Made by a program: the position numbers and the translations under genes
Assembly (NCBI GenBank): GCA_020510985.1
Contig: CM035846.1
Coordinates: forward strand, 202,715,081-202,779,080
Direction: 5' to 3'
Source of the DNA: Pholidichthys leucotaenia
Taxonomy: Eukaryota
Length of the DNA: 64,000 bases
Part shown: in pieces, positions 51,132 to 64,000 of the stretch
Numbering within the stretch: position 1 is the first letter of the stretch
How the letters are laid out: each line of letters begins with the position of its first letter
The notes under the pieces: generated by a model
The model's database searches: none
What the model saw: only the letters and a program-made list of their open reading frames with translations
What the model was told of the DNA's origin: nothing

Positions 51132-51737
51132 GTGCATGCAACCATGAACACACAGTTTGACCACCCGAGGTTCGACGAGGATGCAGCCAATTTGTATCAG
51201 GAATTCGAGAGGTTCTGCAGCCACATTAATTTTGTTTTTGACTGTCCGCTTTCAGTGCTAGAAGCGAAACAGAAAGCCAGCAGGCTTAGAATGTGGATCG
51301 GCACGCAAGGCAGCGACATCTACAAGATGCTGAACTGGGCTGACTGTGAGAGGGAGGATCCGTCTAAAATACTGGATAAGTTTACGAGTTACATACAGCC
51401 AATAAAGAGAAAAAGGATAGCCAGACACCATTTCAAGCAAAGAAAACAAGGTGTGATTGAGAGTTTTGACCATTTCGTGAAAGATTTGAGGCTTCTTCTG
51501 ATGGACTGTGAGTACGCTGACTCAGACGACATGTTGATTAATGCTATAATAGCGGGGGTTAGAGAAAAACGAGTTCAGGAGGGACTGTTGGATAAAGGTG
51601 AAGAGCCAACACTGGCTAAAGCCATAGAAATTCCCCAGCAATTTGAAATGTTGCAAAAACAAATTAAAATAGTCAGAGGAAGATTTGCAAGTGTCAACAG
51701 TGTCCACAAGAGCAAAGCACACAGCCCATGTCAATAA
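51132..51737 (+). CDS. Gag-like protein (201 aa) of the LTR retrotransposon. A CCHC zinc knuckle (CSKCGKHPQHAY) follows in another frame at 51790-51850.
   Basis: ORF directly downstream of the 5' LTR, with a zinc knuckle just 3' of it. Confidence 0.55.
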   Translation: MHATMNTQFDHPRFDEDAANLYQEFERFCSHINFVFDCPLSVLEAKQKASRLRMWIGTQGSDIYKMLNWADCEREDPSKILDKFTSYIQPIKRKRIARHHFKQRKQGVIESFDHFVKDLRLLLMDCEYADSDDMLINAIIAGVREKRVQEGLLDKGEEPTLAKAIEIPQQFEMLQKQIKIVRGRFASVNSVHKSKAHSPCQ

Positions 51738-52120
51738 AAAGTCACATAACAACATGCAGGCAAAGCCCACCCAGCTGAAACAGGAAACTGGAATGAAACC
51801 CAAAAACTGCTCAAAGTGTGGAAAGCACCCACAGCATGCTTACTTATCAGTTACTGAGGCACACAGGTGAACCGAAACACTCTCAAAGGGTACTGCGCTC
51901 ACACCACAAACTGAAGCCAGTAGCTGCAGTTGACCTCCCACTGAAATATAAAGACCATGAAGCAGAAGCAGAACTGGAAATTGTGAACATTATTTAAGAG
52001 AATGTGCTCAGCGGTAAGACAGCTGAAGCCTTGGGCCTGATTGTCTGGTTGGACTCTTGGCAAGATGTTGCCTACAGAGACATGGTGGGCACTCCTACCC
52101 AAACCACCTCGAAACCTAAC

Positions 52121-54824
52121 TACAGTGGTGTGAAAAAATGTTTGCCCCCCTCTTGAGTTCTCATTTTTTGTATGTTTGTTCACACTTAAATATTTCAGAT
52201 GGTCAAATAGATTTAAATATTAGACAAAGACAGCACAAGTTAACACAAAATGCAGTTTTTAAATGAAAGTGTTTATTATTAAGGGTAAAAAAAAAAAAAA
52301 AAAATCCAAACCTACATGGCCCTGTGTGAAAAAGTGATTGTCCCCCTCCTGTTAAAACATAAATTAACTGTGGTCTGTAGTTTATCACATCTTTGGAAAG
52401 CTGAGTTCGATTTCTGTAGCCACACCCTGGCCTGATTACTGACACACCTGTTCTCAATCAAGGAATCACTTCAATAGGACCTGCCTGACAAAGTGAAGTA
52501 GACAAAAGATCCTCAAAAGTTAGATATCGTGCTGCAATCCAAAGAAATCCAGGAACAAATGAGAAACAAAGTAATTGAGATCTGCCAGTCTGGAAAAAGT
52601 TTTAAAGCCATTTCGCTTTGGGACTCCAGCAAACCACAGTGAGAGCCATTGTCCACAAATGGTGAACACATGGAACAGTGGTGAACCTTCCCAGGAGTGA
52701 CCGGCCAACCAAAATTACCCCAAGAGCGCAGCGATGACTCATCCAAGAGGTGACAAAAGACCCCACAACAACCTCCAAAGAGCTGCAGGCCTCACTTGCC
52801 TCAGTTAAGGTCAGTGTTCATGACTCCACCATTAGAAAGAGACTGGGAAAAAATGGCCTTCATGGCAGAGTTCCAAGACGAAAACCACTGGTGAGCAAAA
52901 AGAACATAAAGGCTCATCTCAGTTTTGCCAGAAAACATCTTGGTGATCCCCAAGACTTTTGGGAAAATACTCTGTGGACTGACGAGACAAAAGTTCAACT
53001 TTTTGGAAAGTGCGTGTCCCATTACATCCGTCGTAAAAGTAACACAGCATTTCAGAAAATGAACATTATACAAACAGTAAAATGTGGTGGTGATAGTGTG
53101 ATGGTATTAGAATAATTTTGAGCTTAAATTAGGTGGCGGAGTGGTTAGCACTGTGGCAGCACAGCAACTCACCCTTGGCCGGGGGATCCTGGGTTTGATC
53201 CCAGCCCCCGACCAACAGTGATCTGTGTGGAGTTTGCATGTTCTCCCGGTGTCTGCGTGGGTTTACTCCGGGATTTCTCTGGTTTCCTCCCACATTCCAA
53301 AAACATGCAGGTTAGGTTAATTGGCATCAAACTGGGGATTCTAAATTGTCCTTAGGTATGACTGTGAGAGTGAATGGTTGTCTGTCTCTGTGTTGGCCCT
53401 GTGATGGACTAGCGATCTGTCCAGGGTGTACCCTGCCTCTCGCTCAAAAGATGCTGGGATAGGCTCCAGCCCCCCTGCGACCCGAAAAAGGATTAAGTGG
53501 AAGAAGATGAATGAATGAATGAATGAATGAATGAAAAATTATTCAAAGTCAAAAATCAGGCGGAAAGTTGGACTTAGGTACATCTATTACAAAAATATAA
53601 GGAGTCACCCCAATGGCCACCTTGGGGGAGAGATTACAAAGCATGACATTCAGACACACCTAGAATCTTTAAAGGATCCATTCTTCTAAGTCTGATATAT
53701 ACATATATATAGGTAGGGGAGGATGGGATGAGAGGAGGAAAGGAGAAGGACAGACAGAAAGTCCTGATAACTGGGCTTATCCAGGCGGACGTCACAGACA
53801 CTCTGGAGACATGGGGTCATGAAGACATGAGATCCATAAAACTAACAGAATGTTCATAAAACACTAATCTATGTAAGCTGAGGAGTTTCTGTGCATTCTT
53901 GTGACCCAAAACAGGACATGTCAGAGAGATTATAAAAGTGGCTTAGATCATTCCTTACGCATGTAATGACCCTGTACTGATCTCCAGTCTGAACTCTCTG
54001 AAATTGCTCACAGAAACATGCCAAGAATATATGAACTTATCTTATATGGAATGCACATATAAACATTAAACATGGCGTATGAAAGGTATGATACTTCTCT
54101 AATTTAATATATTATTAATATCAATTATAATGTAGCTAATATGGAATTTTTCTATCAGATGGTCTGAGGCTGTTTTGCTGCTTCAGGACCTGGAAGACTT
54201 GCTGTGGTAAATGGAACCATGAATTCTGCTGTCTACCAAAAAATCCTGAAGGAGAATGTCCGGCCATCTGTTCACGACCTCAGCTGAAGTGTACTTGGGT
54301 TCTGCAACAGGACAAAGATCCAAAACACACCAGCAAGTCCACCTCTGAATAGCTTAAAAAAACAAAATGAAGACTTTGGAGTGGCCTAGTCAAAGTCCTG
54401 ACCTGAATCTGATTAAGATACTGTGGCATGGTCTTAAAAAGGCGGTTCATGCTCGAAAAGCCTCCAGTGTGGCTGAATTACAACAATTCTGCAAAGATGA
54501 GTGGGCCAAAATTCCTCCACAGTGCTGTAAAAGACTCATTGCCAGTTATTGCAGATGCTTGATTGCAGTTGTTGCTGCTAAGGATGGCCCAACCAGTTAT
54601 TAGGTTTAGGGGGCAATCACTTTTTCACACAGGGCCATGTAGGTTTGGATTTTTTTTTCCCCTTAATAATGAACACCTTCATATAAAAACTGCATTTTGT
54701 GTTTACTTGTGTTATCTTTGTCTAATATTTAAATTTGTTTAATGATCTGAAACATTTAAGTGTGACAAACATACAAAAAAATGAGAAATCAGGAAGGGGG
54801 CAAACACTTTTTTATACCACTGTA
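52121..54824 (+). mobile_element. Tc1-like element (~2.7 kb; TIRs tacagtggtgtgaaaaaatgtttgcccc) nested in the LTR retrotransposon, with a frameshifted transposase and a SINE nested in turn at 53128-53530
   Basis: TIRs at both ends and TA flanks. Transposase fragments 52750..53115 (N-terminus), 54180-54360 and 54367..54603 (C-terminus, PDLNLIKILW). Confidence 0.8.
53128..53530 (+). mobile_element. tRNA-derived SINE with the teleost conserved core and a (tgaa)n tail
   Basis: Over 90% identical (visual estimate) to the SINE at 42124-42500. Confidence 0.75.
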
Positions 54825-57454
54825 TATGCACACTAGCTGGACTACAGGGTTTTCCTGAACTGACACGCACCACAGGAACCTTGCTAGGGAAATGCAGCAT
54901 AAAAATTGACCCAAATGCAAAGGGCGTCATGCATCCAGTGTGTCGTCAACCAGTTGCACTCCGAGCCAAAATAGCCAAGAAGCTCAAGCGAGATAGTAAA
55001 AGAAAGTTGCATTGTCAAAATAGACCACCCGACTGAATGGGTCAGTTCTTTGGTTGTTGTCACATGCAATGACAAAATTATAATCTGTATAGATCCAAGT
55101 GACCTGAACAAAGCGGTAACAAGGGAGCATTACCCCATACGCACCATAGAAGAGGTCATATCAGCCATGCGAGGTGGGAAAGTCTTTTCGGTCCTGGATG
55201 CAAAGTCGGGATTTCTTCAGATAGAGCGAGATGAAGCATCATCTCTCCTTACAACCTTCACCACACCAGTCGGCAGGTTTAGATGGTGAGGCTGCCTTTT
55301 GGCATAAAATGCACTCCTGAGATATTCCAGTGAATCATGGATCAAATGCTCGAAGGCATTAGTGGGGCTACAGGTGTGATGAATGATATTCTTAAAGCAG
55401 CGCCCTCCGTGGAGGAGCATGGTACAATACTCAGCAAAATAGTTGAGAGAGCCACAAGCTACAGTCTGAAGCTTAATTTCAACCAGTGTCACAGCCGATA
55501 ATCAGCAGTGCCATATTTAGGTCATCTGATTACAGCTGATGATCTGTGCCCTGACCCAGCAAAAACGGAGGCTGCCAGGAGCACGTCCCCACCAACAAAC
55601 TAGGAAGGTGTCCGCCTCTTCTTAGGGTTTGTAACATACCTTGAAAAGTTTATTCCAAACCTAAGTGAAGTAGACACTCCTCTGCGACAGTTCATGAAGG
55701 CTAATGTTGAGTTTTCATGGCAGCCAGCACAACAGCAAACCTTCAACAAGCTCAAGCAGCTTGCAACAACAACAAGCTCAAGCACTTCTAGACCCCAGGA
55801 CCACTCCACTTGAATCAGTAAGTCTGTCACCAGCTCAACTGCTCATGGACAGGAGGCCTCGCAACAAATTGCCTACTGCTACTTAGACCCATAGCCCACA
55901 ACCCTGCCAGAGTCAAGTGTCTGCTAGACAAGACCAAGCACACTCAGAAATTCTACTATGACAGCAAGAGAGCAACCAAGTCCCGTACTGCCCTGCAGTC
56001 TGGAGATGAAGTCAGGATGGAACCGTATCCTGGAAGCCACAGGTGGGCCCCTGGAGTCATAATTCAGTCGCACAGTGCGCCACGATCCTACATTGTGGAT
56101 AGTGGAGGTAAGATGTTCCGCTGCAACAGCAAACATCTCCCCACCAGCACTGCAGCTGCCAACAAATCACGCCACATGATGTGTGATGAAGCTTGATGAC
56201 CCCTGCAGTAGCCTCCTCCAGTCCCTCCAGAACCACATCCTTCGTCAGTCGAAGTACCCACACATTCCCCACAAGCACAACCAAATGAACTGTATACTAC
56301 CAGACGGGGCAGAGTAGTGAAACCCCCTGATACACTGAACTTGTGATAGCACTTGGAGCCTATAGGATGTTCGGGGACAGGTGTGGTAAAGACACCTGAA
56401 GGAAGTAATGTGCTAGTAACCTCTCCTTCCTAGTTAATAGCTTAAGTTCTGTTTTTCGTCATCCTGAGGACACAAAAACATTGGACTAGTTTGTTGCTCT
56501 TTAAAAAAAGAGAGAGAAAGATGGCAGTAGCAACAATATTCTTAACCAGGTATGGCAGCTGTTACTGTTTACAGCAATACAGATCACTGGGGCTGCATTA
56601 ATTTTCTTTCACTGAGGAAGGGAGATGTATTGTTATTGTGAGTTTGCGTTTTGGGTCTGGGCTTCCGTAGCTGCCTACTACATGTTTGTCCCTGACTGCA
56701 CCCTGTACCTGCTCTGCACGGTTGCAATAAATAAAAAGGTTGTTGCTAGCATGTTAGTCTCGGTGCTGTCTCTCAACTATGTTAAGTAAGTACATTGGAG
56801 ACATTGGCATGTTTTGTTCTGGTACATCAACCATTGTTGTTGACTTTTCTTTCAATAAGTTGTTTGAGATGAGGAAATCACCATTGCATGCATCTACTTA
56901 AATGCCCTACTTTGATGATATCACTGTAGCGTGAGCTTTTTTCATGTTCCATAAATTTCACCCAAAAGCCAAATATCACTAACATTTTGTGAGTAGTGTA
57001 TATCGTCATATTGCACAGCCCTATTTCAACATGGTCTCCCCTTTGGTCCACACATTTCTTTCATCGGTGTTGCAGCGCTTGGATCCCTGCGGTTGAAAAA
57101 TAACCATGTTTGGTCAAATTTAACCACTATGAACTTTTCAGCCCCCCCTCGTACTACGATGTATACCAGCGTGCTTCAGTGTGCTCTTAACATGTACAGA
57201 ACTTAGCCTCAACTTATTAGACATACACCAGCGTATTGGCCTTTCTTTTTTTTTTTTTAAACATTAGCATACACTGCCTAAATTGTCAAGAGGTGACAGG
57301 GGCTTAAAGCGTCTTTTGGTGTCATGAAAAGTAATATATATATAGTATTCTGCAAGTTCTACCAGTGCAGTACTCCTCACCCAAATTGAACTGAGCATTT
57401 ACTGCTGGATTGTGTGGGCATGTGAAATAAACTTATTCTGCTTTTGTATCTCAG

Positions 57455-57590
57455 TTGAAGGAGAGCCTGCATAGGCTGCCTGCATCTCTGAATCAGTTGG
57501 TGCAGTTCAGTCTGGAGAGACTCTGCTCCCAGTACAGTGCCATGCGGGGACTCCGCTGGGCTCTGGCAGTGCTTACTGTCAGCACCACTG
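57455..57590 (+). CDS. Exon: LKESLHRLPASLNQLVQFSLERLCSQYSAMRGLRWALAVLTVSTT
   Basis: Acceptor ttgtatctcag and donor gtaaga. It lies ~19.5 kb downstream of the previous recognised exon, so exons in between may have been missed. Confidence 0.45.
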
Positions 57591-58208
57591 GTAAGAAATC
57601 AGACATTTTCAACAGCATTTTTAATACATTTTGAGTTGAAAGATTTCTCCTTAACGAAAAAAAAAATTGAATTGTGGCAGTGAGCCGAGCTATAGCTTCA
57701 GTCATTTTTGACAGTTAATCGTACAGTCAGTATTTCTCCATATTCAATGAAAGTACTGTATTGGAAATCTTCTGATTTGTAGTTCATTTTGGTGAAGCCG
57801 AAATTAGCTAATGCGATGATGTAACATACGTCTTCCATCTGTCCTTCCACATTTCATGGGAATTACTACTCCTCTTTGATATTTTCCCCACTGCTCACCA
57901 AACTCAGTCACAATGATCCTCAGGTAGGTCTGCATCTAATTTGTGCTCCAGGACATGGTCAAAGGTTAAGAGATTCAAGATTCAAAGATTTTATTTGTCA
58001 ATACTACTATACGTACAGGACGTACAGAACTGAAATGCCATTTCTTTCTCTTCAGTGGTGTGCGCAATATAAAAAAAGGAATAAGGCTGGAAAAACAACA
58101 GCAGTCTTATGTACAGTAATGCTATCCATAGTGCAAATGGCGACAAAAGATAAAACCCAGACATCCCATAGGGCAAATAAAGATAAACGATAAAGCCCAG
58201 CAATCCTA

Positions 58209-61392
<3,184 letters not shown>

Positions 61393-61520
61393 ATATACAG
61401 AAAAAGGTAGAGCAGTAATACTTGGTAGTTGCAAGTTTGATGTGGTAGTGTAGGTGCAGACAGTGACAGATTGGACTTCACATGATCAATATTGCAATAA
61501 CAGACAGCAGCAGGTATGAC

Positions 61521-61914
61521 ATTTGTGACCGGTCCTGGCGAAATGAGTTGGAATGCGCACCACGTCATTACAAGCTACAGGCACAAGAAATCGTAAATCA
61601 GGACTCTTCTTTGTTTGCTAGCGGTAAGTCCTGGGAAAACTCCCATGAGTGCCTGGTATCATTGAAAAGCTTAGAAAACGTACTTTCTAAAAATGCAAAT
61701 GTTTTTGCGGAAGACGTAGCTTCGGACCGATCGAACTTGAGTTTTCAACGTAGCCAAAATATAAGTAGATCGTCTTTTTCCGGGTCCATTTTTGCACACT
61801 TCCTACAAATTAAATATCATTTTGAAGGTCTTTCAATACAGAATATGGAAAAAACATTAGCTTAGTTTTGATAATTTCCTCAGTGACTCATTTTCCCAGC
61901 ATGGGTCACATTTG
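61521..61914. mobile_element. Second copy of the MITE seen at 23404-23798
   Basis: TIRs atttgtgaccggtcctggcgaaatgagt ... actcattttcccagcatgggtcacatttg. Confidence 0.7.
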
Positions 61915-61989
61915 TGCAAATGGTTGCAGTAAGATGCAGAGATGCACAGCAGCAGATGTATTACTGTTGGTGTGCCAAATCTTTCTGTG

Positions 61990-62760
61990 CAAACAGCTGA
62001 GGTAGTGATTGTGCGGGTGAGTGTGTTGCGGTCCGGGTGGGGGGGGCGCAAGGAAGTGGACAGAGTTCAGGGTCCTGATGGCCTGGTGAACAAAGCTGTT
62101 TAACAATCTGGTGGAGCAGACCTGGAGGCTCCGGTACCTTTTCCCCGAGAGCAGGGGGCTGAAGAGGGAGTATAAGGAGTGGGAGATGTCACCTGCAATG
62201 TTGATGGCTCAGCGGATGAGGTAAATGTCCAAGAGGGGGGGCAGGGGGGCACTAGTGATCTTGCTGGCAGCTTTCACTGTGCATTGCAGTGTCTTCTGGC
62301 AGGAGGCGGTGCAGCTTCCATACCACACCGTGATGCAGCTGGTGAGGATGCTCTCAATGGTGCCCCGGTAGAATGAGCACATGAAGGGGCGTGGGACTTG
62401 TGCTTTCCTCAGTTTGCGGAGGAAGTGGAGGCGAGTTTGAGCCTCCTTGGCCAGTGATGTAGTGTTGTTGGACTCGGAGAGGTCCTCAGAGATGTGCACC
62501 TTCAGGAACTTGGTGCTGGTCACCCTCTCCACAGCTGCTCCATCAATGATCAGAGGGGAATGCTGTGTGTGTGTCCCCTGAAGTCGACCACAATCTCCTT
62601 GGTTTTTCCCACGTTCAGGAAGAGATCATTGTCTTTACACCGCTGGACCAGTTGGCGCACCTCATTTCTGTAGTTGGCCTCCTCATTGTTGGTGATGCCA
62701 ACTACAGAAATGAGGTGAGCCAACTTGGCAATTATGATTTCACGCAAAATGAAACTCCTT
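61990..62760 (-). mobile_element. 3' fragment of a non-LTR retrotransposon (CR1/L2/Rex-like RT C-terminus) on the minus strand, with a ~30-bp hairpin (inverted duplication) at 62655-62730
   Basis: ORFs 62550..62747 (...NYRNEVRQLVQRCKDNDLFLNVGKTKEIVVDF) and 62209..62532 (...TRLHFLRKLRKAQVP...ITVWYG). Confidence 0.6.
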
Positions 62761-64000
62761 CTAGGCCATTGACCTTGACTGTAAGCACATTTGAGCTAGT
62801 TCTACATCTAGGCTGTACTTAAGGTCAAGGTCAGCACTCAGGAGATTTGAGCTCACATGGGGTGATTTCATCAGGCCAGAATGAGCTACTCAGTTATTGA
62901 TGGTCTGCTTCTTAACCTCCATCCTCTATTGTGTTTAAATTTGTTTTTCACAAAAGTTATGTTTAAATTGTGTGCACCCTCCAAGTCTAGCAGACTGGTA
63001 GAATGTTGAATTTTCTTCATAGTAAAGGGGAAAGTAAAATATTTTTAAGTCTGTATGAGGGATGTCCTGATCCGATCTCAAATATCCAATCGGGGGCACG
63101 ATCAAGGCTTTTGTGACTCGATTAGTATTTGGGCCATTGGGTTCATTTCTGTTCAAGTCTCTGTTGTTTTCCACAGTTGTTTTACATCAGCCTTACCATA
63201 ACATGGCAACCATACAGAGTTGTGGAAGGGAAGGTGTTGCCATGTTTGCAACACTGTAATGCTGTGTGGCATACTTTGAGTATTAAGTTGTCAAGCAAAT
63301 ACATGGCATTGATTTACCCCCCCCCCCCTTTAATATACTTAATGGTGTGTAGTTTGCAAGAATGTGTTGTAGGAAAATGCAAGTATCGAATTGTGACTTG
63401 GTATCAGGCGATAATCAATCTTAAATAACTGATCAGTGTCTGGGACAAAAAATATTCATCAGGACATCATTCTTTTCTGTGCAATATTGCAGTCCTTTTT
63501 TATTGATGGCATTATTTAGCTGTTGCTGCTGTCAGCTCTCAAATACAGTGAAATGTGAGCCGTTTCATCCCTTGTGCTCAGCACACTCTCAAAACTTGGG
63601 TCAGTATTCAAAAGTTAATTACTGCATTTAAAGATGTACTCCAGTGGATATAAATCCCCTATAAAAACAAATCTACATTGTCTAAAATGGTATCTTCTGC
63701 CCTTTTTCTTCAAAAAAAAAAAAACCCCTTTAATTGTCTTACAGTTTCATGTCAATCTTTTCACTCCTCCCCCACCCACTTCAAATGCTTGAATCAGTGA
63801 TTACTAGACCCAACCATATACCACAAGGCTAATGTTGGCTAGCACTACATTATCAGAATAAATCCTTCAGAATAAATCCTGTGATTAAAAAAACTTCCTG
63901 GTCGAAGGACATGCCCAGTTACATGCACAATAGGGGTGGGTATCTTTAGGCACCTCACGATTCGAGCCATTTGCGATTCAGGGGGCTCCGAGTTGAGCCG

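Larger units (their letters stand above)
50929..56792 (+). mobile_element. Small LTR retrotransposon (Ty3/Gypsy-like) with ~175-bp LTRs (50929-51101 and 56626-56792; TGTA...TACA termini), a gag ORF with CCHC knuckle, and a heavily deleted pol. A Tc1 element is nested inside.
   Basis: LTRs align at about 85% identity (visual estimate). The RT fragment at 55050..55289 contains LDAKSGFLQI. An integrase C-terminal fragment lies at 55900-56140. Confidence 0.7.

Overview
This window is vertebrate, probably teleost fish, genomic DNA and is not prokaryotic. It holds one multi-exon protein-coding gene on the + strand. At least 17 exons lie between about 12.4 kb and 57.6 kb. They encode a DUF4062 domain followed by a NACHT NTPase domain with Walker A and Walker B motifs. 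The gene is a TEP1/NWD-family member and is most plausibly a TEP1 orthologue. Its introns are densely filled with transposable elements.

The dominant repeat is a young L1-superfamily LINE that looks Tx1-like, present in three copies:
- an apparently intact full-length copy on the + strand, with ORF1 at 17507-18433 and ORF2 at 18902-22705;
- a near-identical inverted copy at 5756-11274 whose ORF2 is broken by a single homopolymer frameshift;
- an older 5'-truncated copy at 39004-47134 that has an approximately 13-bp target-site duplication and carries nested insertions.

Both full-length copies sit inside short TIR-bearing DNA elements with related termini. This suggests target-site preference.

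Other mobile content:
- several Tc1-like elements, including one with an intact 346-aa DDE transposase and one with long IR/DR-type TIRs;
- two inverted copies of a TTAA-flanked piggyBac-like non-autonomous element;
- a small LTR retrotransposon with gag and degraded pol, carrying a nested Tc1 that itself carries a nested SINE;
- CR1/L2/Rex-like LINE fragments;
- multiple tRNA-derived SINEs;
- MITEs;
- several tandem and dispersed repeat families.

There are no rRNA or CRISPR features. All coordinates are from manual reading and should be treated as approximate to within a few bp.
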